From the NCBI GenBank assembly GCA_963700145.1, contig OY969474.1, positions 800,001 through 864,000 on the forward strand: a stretch of 64,000 bases of DNA. Direction: 5' to 3'. Shown piece by piece: positions 43,465 to 55,132 of this stretch; within the stretch, counting starts at the first letter, position 1, and every line of letters begins with the position of its first letter. The notes below the pieces were generated by a model, which searched no databases, was not told the DNA's origin, and was given only the letters and a program-made list of their open reading frames with translations. Source of the stretch: an uncultured Acidobacteriota bacterium. GTDB taxonomy: Bacteria; Acidobacteriota; Thermoanaerobaculia; Multivoradales; UBA5704. The translations under genes and the position numbers were made by a program.

Positions 43465-45819
43465 TCAGGCGAGGCTTTTCTGGCTTTCGACGAGCTCCCA
43501 GAGGCGGCTGGGCTTGAGCGGGATCTCCAGGATCTCCAAGCCCGGCACGTCGAGGGCGTCCTCGACCGCCTGGGCGAAGAGGGCGCCGGTGGGGATCGCG
43601 CCCGCCTCGCCCGCGCCCTTGGTGCCGAGGGCGTTGAGCGGCGAGACGGTCTCCTCGTGCCCGACGTCGACGCGCGGCACGTCGAGGGCGGTGGGCAGCA
43701 GGTAGTCCATGAACGAGGCGTTGGTGAGCTGGCCGTTGTCGTCGTAGGCCAGCTCCTCGTAGAAGGCGTTGCCGAGACCCTGCGCCACGCCGCCGTGCAC
43801 CTGGCCGTCGACGATGAGCGGGTTGAGCACGCGCCCGCAGTCGTGGACGACGACGTACTTCTCGATTTTCACCTGCATCGTCTCGGGGTCGATCTCGACG
43901 ATCATGGCGTGGGCGCCGCTGGCGGTGGCGCCGCGGTGCGGGCCGAAGTAGTTGGTGGCCTCGAGGCCCGGCTCGGTGCCGGGCTTGACGGCGCCGCGCA
44001 TCGGGTTGGCGCGCTTGGCCAGCTCGCCGAGGCCGATCGCCTTCCCCGGCTCGGCGCGCACCCGCGCCGCGCCATCCGCCAGCTCGACCTCCTCCTCCCC
44101 CACCCCCAGCTCCTCGGCGGCCAGGCGCAGCGCCTTGCGCCGCACGTCCTTCGCCGCCTCGTGGACGGCGTTGCCCGCCACCACCGCGCCGCGGCTGGCG
44201 AAGGTGCCGGTGCCCCAGTGGAACTGGTCGGTGTCGCCGGTCACCACCTCGACGTCCACGACGGCGACGCCGAGCTGCTCGGCGGCGATCTGCGCGAAGA
44301 CGGTGTAGTGCCCCTGCCCCTGGGTGCCGATGCCGGTGACGACCGTCACCTTGCCGTTCGTCTGCACCTGCACGCGCGCCCCCTCGAAGGGGCCGATCCC
44401 CGTCCCCTCGACGTAGGCCACGACGCCGATCCCCGCCTTGCGCCCGGCGGCGCGGCGGGCCGGCTGCTCCTCGCGGCGGAACCGCTCCCAGCCGATCATC
44501 GCCAGCGCCTTGTCGAGGATCGGCTCGTAGTTGCCGCTGTCGTAAACGAGGGGCGCGAAGTCCTGGTAGATGATCTCGTTGTCGACGGGGAAATCCTCGG
44601 GGCGCAGGAAGTTGCGGCGGCGGATCTCGGCCGGGTCGAGCCCCAGCTCGCGCGCCGCGAGGTCGAGCAGGCGCTCGACGACGAAGACCCCGTGCTGCCG
44701 CCCGGCGCCGCGGTAGGGGGTGACGATCGTCTTGTTGGTGAAGACGGCGCGGAACTCGCTGTCGTAAGCCGGCACCTGATAGGGCCCCAGGAGCGTGCAC
44801 TGGCTGTTGAGCGGCACCGTCAGGCCGTAAGGGTCGTAGGCGCCGGTGTCGTGGAGAAAGGAGTCCTGGAGCCCAAGGATGCGGCCGTCGCTCGCCAGCG
44901 CGATCTCGGCGTCGTGGAGCTGCCCGCGCTCGTGCGTCGTGGCGACGAAGTTCTCCGCCCGGTCCTCCAGCCACTTGACCGGCCGGTCCAAGCGCAGCGC
45001 CAGCCAGGGGACGACCACCTCCTCGGGGTAGAACATCATGATCTTCGGCCCGAAGCCGCCGCCGATGAAGGGCGCCACCAGGCGCACCTGGTGCTCGGAG
45101 AGCCCGAGCATGGCGGCGAGGCCGTTGCGCACCGGGATCGGCGCCTGCGTCGTGTCCCAGATCGAGAGCCGCTGGGCGCGCGCGTCCCACTGCGCGACGA
45201 CGCCGCGGTTCTCGATCGCCGCCGCGGTGCCGCGGTCGTACCAGAGGCGACGGCGCAGCACGAGGTCGGCCGCGGCCTTCGCCGCGCCGTAGTCGCCCTT
45301 CCGCTGCACGACGTGGGCGGCGAGGTTCGAGCCCAAGTCCTCGTGCACCAGCGCCGCGCCGGGCGCCAGTGCCGCCTCGAGGTCCACGACGGCGGGCAGC
45401 GCCTCGTACTCGACCTCGATCGTCTCCAGCGCGTCCTCGGCAAGGTAGCGGCTGGCGGCCACCACCACCGCCACGGGCTCGCCGACGTGCCGCACCTTCC
45501 TCTTCGCCAGCGGCACCTGCGTCCGCTCGTTGAAGACCATGTCGGAAACGGGGGGTGGAGGAACCAACAGGGGGCCCGGCTGCCAGTAGGCGCCGAGGTC
45601 GTCCGCGGTGTAGACCGCGACCACCCCCGGTATCTCCCGCGCCCGCGCGACGTCGATCCGCCCGAGCCGCGCGTGAGCGTACGGGCTGCGCAGGAAGGCG
45701 GCGTGGAGCATCCCCGGCAGCTCGACGTCGTCCACGAAGAGCGCCTGCCCGGTGAGCAGGCGCGGGTCCTCGTTGCGCTTGGTGCGCGCGCCGACGACGG
45801 AGCCCGCCGCCTCGGTCAT
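43465..45819 (-). CDS. Xanthine dehydrogenase/CoxL-like molybdopterin-binding subunit
   Basis: EDPRLLTG, GGGFGPK, PYRGAGR, GQGH, GQVHGG and KGAGEAG motifs; ATGA overlap with the cyclase gene. Confidence 0.92.
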   Translation of the reverse strand: MTEAAGSVVGARTKRNEDPRLLTGQALFVDDVELPGMLHAAFLRSPYAHARLGRIDVARAREIPGVVAVYTADDLGAYWQPGPLLVPPPPVSDMVFNERTQVPLAKRKVRHVGEPVAVVVAASRYLAEDALETIEVEYEALPAVVDLEAALAPGAALVHEDLGSNLAAHVVQRKGDYGAAKAAADLVLRRRLWYDRGTAAAIENRGVVAQWDARAQRLSIWDTTQAPIPVRNGLAAMLGLSEHQVRLVAPFIGGGFGPKIMMFYPEEVVVPWLALRLDRPVKWLEDRAENFVATTHERGQLHDAEIALASDGRILGLQDSFLHDTGAYDPYGLTVPLNSQCTLLGPYQVPAYDSEFRAVFTNKTIVTPYRGAGRQHGVFVVERLLDLAARELGLDPAEIRRRNFLRPEDFPVDNEIIYQDFAPLVYDSGNYEPILDKALAMIGWERFRREEQPARRAAGRKAGIGVVAYVEGTGIGPFEGARVQVQTNGKVTVVTGIGTQGQGHYTVFAQIAAEQLGVAVVDVEVVTGDTDQFHWGTGTFASRGAVVAGNAVHEAAKDVRRKALRLAAEELGVGEEEVELADGAARVRAEPGKAIGLGELAKRANPMRGAVKPGTEPGLEATNYFGPHRGATASGAHAMIVEIDPETMQVKIEKYVVVHDCGRVLNPLIVDGQVHGGVAQGLGNAFYEELAYDDNGQLTNASFMDYLLPTALDVPRVDVGHEETVSPLNALGTKGAGEAGAIPTGALFAQAVEDALDVPGLEILEIPLKPSRLWELVESQKSLA

Positions 45820-46673
45820 GCCTTCTCCTCGACGAACGCCACGACCCGTGCGAAGGCCGCCTCGCCGCCCTTGAAGCGGAAGGGGAAGCAGCCGAGCCAG
45901 ACCTTCTGGTCGAGCACCTCGTCGATCTGGCCGCCGACGTTCTCGGCGTGGAAGACCCCGTGCGGGAAGAGCTTGACGTGCATGCACTGGTAGTCGGCCG
46001 GCCAGGGGAAGGCCTCGTCGAGCGACATGCCGATGGCCTTCTCCACCTCGGGCACGAGGTCGGGGCGGGCGCGGCGGACGTTGGTGTTGAACGGGTGGTC
46101 GGCGGCGATGCAGTCGACCGCCAGCCAGCGGACGCCGCGGTCGAGGATCCAGTCGACGAAACGGGACTGCGGCCCGGGGTGCTTCAAGAAGATGCGCGGC
46201 AGGTCGGGCTCGTGGGCGCTCTCCTCGACGACGTCGCGCACCGTGCAGCGCTTCGCCTTGTACCAGTCCTCGTTGTAGAAGCGGTGGTAGCCGGTGTGGA
46301 TGATGAGGATGTCGCCGCGCTCGATGCGGATGCCGGTCTTCGCCTCCCAGGCCTCGAAGTGCTCGGGGCCGTAAATCTGGTAGTCGCCGATGCCGAGCCC
46401 CGCCAGGTCGACGATGCAGGCCGGCCCGAACAGCGTCTCGATCGGGATGCCGGCGATGTCCGGTCCCGGGTCGTAGAAGTGGATCGGCGAGTCGAGGTGC
46501 GTGGCGATGTGGTTGGTCGTCGAGATGAGCTGCGCGTTGACCCCCTCGAAGGCCATGCGCTTGACCCACTTCACCGTCGGCCCCTCGTAAAACGCGAACG
46601 CCGGCGAGTCCATCGAGAAGTTCTGCGACAGGTCGAGCAGCTTGACCTTGCTCAGGTCGTAGGGGACGTACAT
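45816..46673 (-). CDS. Cyclase/kynurenine-formamidase-like metal-dependent hydrolase
   Basis: HIATHLDSPIH motif, GDILIIHTG and HAEN. Confidence 0.88.
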   Translation of the reverse strand: MYVPYDLSKVKLLDLSQNFSMDSPAFAFYEGPTVKWVKRMAFEGVNAQLISTTNHIATHLDSPIHFYDPGPDIAGIPIETLFGPACIVDLAGLGIGDYQIYGPEHFEAWEAKTGIRIERGDILIIHTGYHRFYNEDWYKAKRCTVRDVVEESAHEPDLPRIFLKHPGPQSRFVDWILDRGVRWLAVDCIAADHPFNTNVRRARPDLVPEVEKAIGMSLDEAFPWPADYQCMHVKLFPHGVFHAENVGGQIDEVLDQKVWLGCFPFRFKGGEAAFARVVAFVEEKA

Positions 46674-46941
46674 TCTGCGGCTCTCCTCAGGGTTCCAGGC
46701 GTCGAGAGACAGAGGATAGCGTACCGCTGACCGGCGCCGGCCAAGCCCGCGTGCTCCTGATATCAGCGCGAGCGACTAGGCCGCCGGTTCAATCGGCCTT
46801 GATCTGCTCCCAAACGCCCTTCTCGCCACGGTCAGCCTGATCCACGCGTTCGGCGCGTGGGTGCTGCCCAAGAGGTCGCGAGGTGCGCGCGCAACGCGAT
46901 CATCACGCGCGTGAGCTTGCCGCATCGCGGCGGATGCCCTA

Positions 46942-49900
46942 TTAGCTCGAAGGCACGGCGCGAACCGGGAACGGGCCATAGCGTGGGCGACGAACGAAGC
47001 GGTCCGGCTGCGCTTCGACGACACCACGGATTCGCAGGACCGACTGAAGTTGTTTCTCGGCTTGCTCGCGAAAGTAGAAGGCGGCAGGCCCATCACTCTC
47101 TCGGATGAGAGCACGCGCAGACTGGGCGCACTGCTCGGCGAACGTCAGGTCTCCGATAAGAACGAACTTGTCACCGTCACGCTCGTGGTCGAGCAAGATC
47201 GCGCTCATTTGCACATAGGCGCTGGACAGCTTTACACGGTTGTCGAACGAGTCGTCTCCTCTCAACATGCGGACACCGCGGATCGACCCCGCGCGGAACA
47301 GCTTCCAAAAGCCGTAGTATCTGACGCGATCATCCTCGTCCTGCCATTGCGAGCTCCACATCGCACTGCTTTCGTAGCGCTCGGCAATCGGCAAGAGGTC
47401 AATCGGGTAGGCCTCGTCCCTCGCCGCGCGATCGGTAAGCCGCCGGCGGTCGCCATCAGGCAGAGCAGCGATTTGTGACATGCGTGTAATCAGGTCCCGC
47501 ACGACGGGAGAGGCGGTCAGCGATTCTCCATGAAATGAATCCATCCAGATGCAGCGGGGAAACATCTGAACCAAAGGGTCGCTGTCGATCACCGCTAGGA
47601 AGCTCTTAAGAGGTGGCAGCAACAACACAGTTCGATCCCACCTGTTCATCCGATAGGCGAGATCGAGTTCGAAACGAACACCCTCGCTAAGCATGTAACA
47701 TTCCGACACGATCAGGTCGGCGAACGGGATCAGAGACGCAGCGACCTCACGCCAGTGCTCGTCCCCAAGAAGAAGAGCCGGGGCAGAGCGGTCGAAGCGG
47801 CTGCCACTCCCTGAGTAGTCTGGAAGAACATTTTCGTGTTCCTGAATTGTCAGCACCTGAGCACCCGGCGGCATGGCTTCGTGTAGAACATTCTCGATCA
47901 ATTGCGGCCCGAACTCCATTGGGCCATGAGCCACCATGAAGTCATACTTGCGAAAGTAGAGTGCAAACGGCAATCCCTGCGTATTGTAGTTCCCAATAAC
48001 GGCGAGTGCTGCCTCGTGCAACTGGATGCGCCGCCCCGGTCCGGACTTTCTGGGCTCCTCCGTGATCCTCGCAGGTTGCCGCCGCTCCTTCCTTGGCCTG
48101 ACTACCGCGCTGGCGGCAACCTCTTCTATCTCCTCAACCGATGCCTTTGCCTCTTCGACACAGCCGAGTGCCAGCAGCGCCTTCGAATGGATCCTTAGCA
48201 GCTCGTTCCGAAGTAGTCTCAAGTCACAGCTCGACGCCAGATCCAGAAAATCGTCGGCGAGGGCCAACGACGCTTGGTAGTTCCCCTCGCCGAGTGCGAG
48301 CTCGGCGGCAATCGACGCCAGCTCGCAGCGTGCAGCAGCATCGTCGAGTTTGTCGGCTAGATGGCGCAGTTGCACGATCGACTCGCGCGCTCCTTGATTG
48401 CTTTCGCCCGCCAATTGCGCGCGCAGAAGCAAAGTGCGCATCGTGAGACCCTGCGGTGACTCCAACCGCTCCTGCGACCAACGCGCAAGCTGTGAACTGA
48501 GGATGCGCACCGCATCGTCCGACCTGCCGGCGCCCAGCGCGACCAAAGCGGCCGGCCTCCCGTCGAAGAGTTCTTCCGCATTGACCTCACTGCTCGGTCC
48601 GCCCACCGGAACGATCGCGAAGCGGTTGAACTCCGATAACGCCCTTCGGGCACGCGCATGCACTGCCACCAGGTCGTCCAGGACCACCGCCGCGCCGTCG
48701 GCATCTTGCCCGGCAGCCGCAATGCTCATGATCACGTGGAACGCATGGTCATACGCAGACATGACCTCTTCCGTCGGGAGTCCTTCGTTCTTCCGCATGC
48801 CGTCTCTTGCGTGCTGCTCGGCACTCTCCGCCCATTGCATCGCCTCCCGCAGTCGCCCGCCCAACAGGAGGGCCTCGGCTGCATGGCGTGCGAGCATCGA
48901 CTTATCCCACGGCCGGAGGTCTTCAGTGACCATACCGTAAGCAGCAACCGACGCCTCCGCTGCGAGCCCCGCATCGCCGCCGCAAATTGCGTGCACGCCC
49001 CAGTCGTTGATAACGGCCAGCGCTCCCGCGGACTCCCTTAACGCCGGAGAGATCTTGTGCGGTGAACATCCGTCGTTGAGGGTGAAGCATGCGCGAGCGC
49101 CGAGGTGAATGGCGTTCTCGCTCTGTAGCCGGGAGAAGTTGCCGAGCCGCTTCCAGTAGCACAGGACGGCATTCTGCATGTCTCCGACCTCGAGCCGATG
49201 CACCATCACCCGTTCCAGGAGGTCATGAAACAACTCCGGGTCATCCTCGATCGCGAGCTCGACGTAGCGCAGCAGCTCGTCGCTCTCGAGTTTATCAGCC
49301 ACCGATGCGTGGACAATCGCAGCGCGGGCTGGGGGCAGGAGACGACGTCGCACGTCCTCATGCATCTGGAACCGCTCGCCGCTTTTCCCGACCTCGAGAA
49401 GCTCGACAAGGCCGGCGCTCACCGCTTTGTCGAGGACCTTGCGTACCACCACGGGTGTGGCGAGCGACGGTTGGGTCTCGTGTTGTCCAGTAAGCAGCCC
49501 GATGAGCCAACCACTGCTCGCCTTCCGCGAAGACGCGAGTACTTCGAGGATCGTGACCGGGCCCGACTCGACGGATCGCTCCTGGTCCGCCGACGGTCGC
49601 GCCGCCGAAAGCTCGATAGTGGTGACGGCCTCTACTTGAAGATCGCGGGCGGGCCGCGACCGTGAGGTCACGAGGATGCTCAGCTCCGGCCATCTGCTAC
49701 GAGCCGCAGCTGAAAGAAGATGGCGCAGCCGCAGGTCGGATACCTGTCCGAGGCGCTTCTCATCTCTATATTGCACTGTGTCAAGAGCGTCGAGTACTAG
49801 CACCTGTTCTGGATCGGCACTTAATCGAGTGAATAGCCCCGCAGTGGTTCGATCATCGAAAACTTGCTGCAGGCAGCGATCGGGGCTGGCGGCGGAGAGC

Positions 49901-50106
49901 GACAGAACACGAGCGCGTTCCCGGTGCGCGAGGGCGGCCCGAACGACCGCGGTCTTGCCGGAGCCCGAAGGGCCCACGAGCCAGCAGATGGGAGTCTGCC
50001 GCTGCTGCAGCCAATCCGTGACCGCGTAAATTGCAGGATGAATTGCGTCGGGTTCATTCACGACGGTTTCAATTGCCAGTCCCAGGCTTACACAGGTGAC
50101 TTTCAA
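46942..50106 (-). CDS. STAND-like ATPase - wHTH - TPR-like region - C-terminal TIR-like domain protein (AT-richer gene)
   Basis: GPSGSGKT, VLVLDALD, ILVTSR and FQMHEDVR motifs; helical repeats; PFALYFRK...SEGVRFEL; start uncertain. Confidence 0.7.
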   Translation of the reverse strand: MKVTCVSLGLAIETVVNEPDAIHPAIYAVTDWLQQRQTPICWLVGPSGSGKTAVVRAALAHRERARVLSLSAASPDRCLQQVFDDRTTAGLFTRLSADPEQVLVLDALDTVQYRDEKRLGQVSDLRLRHLLSAAARSRWPELSILVTSRSRPARDLQVEAVTTIELSAARPSADQERSVESGPVTILEVLASSRKASSGWLIGLLTGQHETQPSLATPVVVRKVLDKAVSAGLVELLEVGKSGERFQMHEDVRRRLLPPARAAIVHASVADKLESDELLRYVELAIEDDPELFHDLLERVMVHRLEVGDMQNAVLCYWKRLGNFSRLQSENAIHLGARACFTLNDGCSPHKISPALRESAGALAVINDWGVHAICGGDAGLAAEASVAAYGMVTEDLRPWDKSMLARHAAEALLLGGRLREAMQWAESAEQHARDGMRKNEGLPTEEVMSAYDHAFHVIMSIAAAGQDADGAAVVLDDLVAVHARARRALSEFNRFAIVPVGGPSSEVNAEELFDGRPAALVALGAGRSDDAVRILSSQLARWSQERLESPQGLTMRTLLLRAQLAGESNQGARESIVQLRHLADKLDDAAARCELASIAAELALGEGNYQASLALADDFLDLASSCDLRLLRNELLRIHSKALLALGCVEEAKASVEEIEEVAASAVVRPRKERRQPARITEEPRKSGPGRRIQLHEAALAVIGNYNTQGLPFALYFRKYDFMVAHGPMEFGPQLIENVLHEAMPPGAQVLTIQEHENVLPDYSGSGSRFDRSAPALLLGDEHWREVAASLIPFADLIVSECYMLSEGVRFELDLAYRMNRWDRTVLLLPPLKSFLAVIDSDPLVQMFPRCIWMDSFHGESLTASPVVRDLITRMSQIAALPDGDRRRLTDRAARDEAYPIDLLPIAERYESSAMWSSQWQDEDDRVRYYGFWKLFRAGSIRGVRMLRGDDSFDNRVKLSSAYVQMSAILLDHERDGDKFVLIGDLTFAEQCAQSARALIRESDGPAAFYFREQAEKQLQSVLRIRGVVEAQPDRFVRRPRYGPFPVRAVPSS

Positions 50107-50256
50107 CGCGACAAGGGCTTCGAAGCTTTCCTTGATATCGCAATCGTATACGGCGGCACCTGAGGCCCCTCCGCGAGGCGGTCCGGCGGGAAAAAGATAG
50201 CGTAATGGTGGAGATTAGTTGCACGCTACCGCTGTCGGCGCAAGCAGCGGGGCCAA

Positions 50257-51839
<1,583 letters not shown>

Positions 51840-51843
<4 letters not shown>

Positions 51844-53354
51844 GAGGTCCTTCCTTCCGGCGGCGGACCGGTCGCCGCCTCGAAGACCGGCACCCCGGTG
51901 AGCACGCCGCGGAAGTCGCGCAGCGGCGGCCCGACGCTGATCCGGCCCTTCTCCATCCGGAACTCGCGGATCGTCCGCTCGTGCGCCCCCCCGCGCTTCT
52001 TCACCACCGAGATCGCCTGCCGGATCTCCCCCCTCGCCTCGTAGTAGCGCAGCAGGATCACGGCGTCGGCGAGATAGCTGGCGTCGACGGGCGCGATCAT
52101 CGGGCCGCCGACCAAGCCGTGATGGGCGCCGATCAAGACCGTGGCCACCCCCGCCTGTCCGAGGAACGTCAACAGCTCGTGGAGCTGGATGATCAGGAAC
52201 CGCTCCTCCGGCATGGCGTTGAGATAGCCGTTCAAGCTGTCGATGACGACCACCGACGCGCCATCGCGCTCCACGGCGCGGCGGATGGCGTGCGCGAACT
52301 CGCCCGGCGACAGCTCGGCCGGGTCCACCTGCCGGATCGCCACCCGGCCCCCGTCCAGATGCTTCCGCAGGTCGATCCCCAGCCCGGCGCAGCGGGTCAA
52401 CAGGGTGTTGAGGCTCTCGTCGAAGATGAACAGGGCGGCCTTCTGCCCCTTCTCGGCCGCCGACACCACGAACTGCGCGGCCACCGACGACTTCCCGGAC
52501 CCGGCCGCGCCGACGATCAGCGTGCTGGTGCCGTGCTCGAGGCCGCCGCCGAGCAGGGTGTCCAGCTCGGCGATGCCGCTGGCGAGCTTTTCCGCCACCG
52601 GAGCCTGGCGGTGCTCGCCCGCGACGATGCGCGGAAAGACGTCGATCCCGCCGCGCCGGATGATGTAGTCGTGGAAGCCGCCGCGGAAGCCCACGCCGCG
52701 GTACTTGACGACGAGGAGCCGCCGCCGCTCGGCGCCGTACTCCGGATTGAGCTGCTCCAGCCGCACCACGCCGTGCGCGATGCTCTGGACCTGCAAGTCG
52801 TGGGCGGTGCCGGTCAGGTCGTCGAGCAGCAGCACCGTGCAGCAGCGGCCGGCGAAGAACTGCTTGAGGGCGAGGATCTGCCGGCGGTAGCGCAGCGGGT
52901 TTCCGGCCAGAAGGCGCAGCTCCGAGAGCGAATCGAACGCCACCCGCGCCGGCTTGATCCGCTCGACGTCCGTGAGGATCGCCTTCGTCGTCTCGCTCAG
53001 CTCGACTTCCGACGGGTGGAACATCGTGTACTGGTCGTCCGGCCGCAGGCTCTCTTCCGAGGGCACCAGCTCGCGGATGGTGATGCCGTCCAGCGACCAG
53101 CCGTGCGAGGCTGCCACCTCGCGCAGCTCCTGCTCGGTCTCCGACAGAGTCACGTAGAGGACCGGCTCGCCGAGCCGGACGCCCTCCATCAGGAACTGCA
53201 GCGCCAGCGTCGTCTTGCCCGAGCCGGGCACGCCTTCGATCAGGTACAGCCGATTCGGGGTGAACCCTCCCCGCAGGACGTCGTCGAGACCTTCGATACC
53301 GGTGGCGGCGCGGGCCGCGGCAAGCGCTGCGGAGGGATGCGTGTCGGCGGCCAT
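51840..53354 (-). CDS. KaiC-like double-domain RecA-family ATPase
   Basis: Two Walker A motifs (GVPGSGKT, GAAGSGKS), VVKYRG/VVKKRG, ASYLAD. Confidence 0.92.
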
Positions 53355-53365
53355 GAAGGCCGATC

Positions 53366-54049
53366 CTACTGCCGCTGCGGGGGCCGCGCGGGCGGCGCCG
53401 CGGCCAGAAGGGCGTCGAGCTTCTCCTTGAGCATCGCGTACGGCGGCAACCCCTTGACGATGTCCAGGACCTCGACCTTGTCGCCGCCCGGGACCCGGCG
53501 CCCGAGCAGGAAGCTCGGTGTGCTGTAGACGCCGAGGCCGTTGACGATCCGCACGTCGTCGCGGATCCCGGCGAGGTGCCGATTGCTCGACAGGCAGGCC
53601 TTGAAGGCGGCGACGTCCAGGCCGAGCTCCTTGGCGTAGGTCGCCAGGTCGTCCGCGGCGAGCGCCCGCTGGTTCGCGAACAGCTGATGGTGCATGTCCC
53701 AGAACTTCTGCTGCTCGCCGGCGCAGGCGGCCGCCTTGGCGGCTTCGAGCGCGCGCGGATGCATCTGGAGGGGGAGGTCGAGGAAGATGAGCTCGACCTT
53801 GCCGTTCTTGACGTACTCCTCGTAGACCTGCGGCAGCACCTCACGGGCGCCTTGACCGCAGTAGGGTCACTGGAAGTCGGAGACCTCGATCAGGACGAGC
53901 TGGGGCGAGCCCTCCTTGAGCGACGGGTCGTCGCCGACCGGGATCTTGGGTCCCTTCTTGGCGAGCGCCCAGGCGTGCGGACCGGAGAGGACAAGGGCGA
54001 AGCCCGCTGCGACGGCCCATCGGGAGGTGCCACGAAGTCTGACGGTCAT
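53366..54049 (-). CDS. DsbA/Thioredoxin_4-family selenoprotein (UPYC), read through TGA at 53867-53869
   Basis: ORFs 53867-54049 and 53366-53839 are in one frame: signal peptide...EVSDFQ-TGA-PYCG...; cis-Pro STPSF; hairpin directly 3' of the TGA. Confidence 0.85.
53828..53861 (-). promoter_or_regulatory. Putative bacterial SECIS element
   Basis: CTGCGGT-CAA-GGCGCC-CGTGA-GGTGCT-GCCGCAG stem-loop starting 5 nt after the UGA. Confidence 0.7.
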
Positions 54050-54339
54050 GGATGGAGCCTCCTTCTCAGATCTTCGAGTCTAGCAAGACCCCTGTCAGAT
54101 GCCCTTGTGCAGCACGTAGTGCCGGGACTGCGGGTGACGACGTCGGCCCAGTCGGCGAGCTGCCGGAGCTTGCCGACCAGCTCGTCGCGGTCGAGCTCGA
54201 GGACCTCGTAGGCGCCCGCCTGCGGCTCGTCCACCGGGAACGAGTAGAGCCCGCGCAGGCGGAGGGCCGGCGGGCCGAGCGCGAGGAGGCCGGCCCAGGC
54301 CGCGCAGACGTCGCGCAGCGTGTCGGCGCCGTCCCGTTG
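54046..54339 (-). pseudogene. 5'-truncated gene remnant
   Basis: Coding-like open frame (DTLRDVCAAWAGLL...LYSFPVDEPQAGAYEVLELDRDELV) beginning right after the toxin stop, with no start codon for its 5' part. Confidence 0.4.
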
Positions 54340-54666
54340 TCAGCCCTCCGGCTCGAGGAGCCGGAGGCGCAGCAGCTTCCTGGCCACCGAGTAGATATCG
54401 TCTTTGCTGCCTTCCTTGCGAATCCCGACGGCCACGACGAGCACGACGACGCGCTGTCGCTCGAGCCGGTAGAGGATGCGGTACCGCTGACCGACCGCGC
54501 GCAGACTCCGCACGCCGTGCAGCTCTCCCGTGAGAGGCTTTCCTTGCTTCTCCGGTTCGTTCGCCAGGCCGTCGATTCGCTCGCTCAGGCCCTGCCGGAC
54601 ACGCCGATCACGGATGCTCCCGAGCATCCGCTGCGCTACTGACGTCAGCTCGATCGACCATGTCAC
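54340..54666 (-). CDS. RelE/ParE-family type II toxin
   Basis: GKPLTGEL, RSLRAVGQRYRILY and VGIRKEG motifs; GTGA overlap with the antitoxin. Confidence 0.88.
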   Translation of the reverse strand: MTWSIELTSVAQRMLGSIRDRRVRQGLSERIDGLANEPEKQGKPLTGELHGVRSLRAVGQRYRILYRLERQRVVVLVVAVGIRKEGSKDDIYSVARKLLRLRLLEPEG

Positions 54667-54932
54667 AGGTCCAGCTCGGACTTGACCTGCTTCCAGGGGA
54701 TTGTCTCGCCGCGCTCGGCCTGCTCGAGGCTTTCTCTCAACTCCGACATCAGCTCGTCGTCGGCCATGATCTCAAGCGTCTCCACAAGCCCCTCGTAGAG
54801 CTCCCAGGGCAGGATAGCGAGGACCGGCTCACCCCGCCTGGTCACTACGACAGCACCCGGTTCCTCGGCCAGCCGCTCCGGCAGCGAGGTCAGCTCGTCA
54901 CGAGCCTGGGTCATGGGGAGATGCCTCGTCAT
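54663..54932 (-). CDS. Phd/YefM-family antitoxin
   Basis: MTQARDELTSL, VVVTRRGEP and YEGLVETLEI motifs. Confidence 0.9.
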   Translation of the reverse strand: MTRHLPMTQARDELTSLPERLAEEPGAVVVTRRGEPVLAILPWELYEGLVETLEIMADDELMSELRESLEQAERGETIPWKQVKSELDL

Positions 54933-54949
54933 GGAACTGTCCCTCAGGA

Positions 54950-54967
54950 TGTACAGCTAACTGTACG
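54950..54967. promoter_or_regulatory. YefM-type TA operator (paired TGTACA-like palindromes)
   Basis: TGTACA at 54950 and TGTACG at 54962, 12 bp apart, upstream of the antitoxin. Confidence 0.65.
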
Positions 54968-55132
54968 TCTCGTAAGCCGCGCGGTCAAGTCGCGCTTTGA
55001 CCAGGTCTGGCGGCGGGTTCATGGCCACGAGAGCGGTCCCAAGCGTCGGCGACGCCCCCTGGCGTACGGACCGGCCGTCCGATCGACGAGCAGGAAGTGG
55101 TGGTCGAGGCTCAGGGTCTCGCGCGGCGCCGG

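Noticed and set aside
43465-45819. Aerobic form I CO dehydrogenase
   Set aside because: The active-site loop is PYRGAGR rather than AYxCSFR, and no cox accessory genes are seen
46715-50234. Short direct repeats (GATAGCGTA at 46715 and 50196; TACCGCTG at 46722 and 50227) as att sites or TSD of the STAND gene
   Set aside because: Only 8-9 bp and not contiguous on the right side; on the minus strand they read as -10-like promoter elements (TATCCT/TATCTT) for the downstream genes
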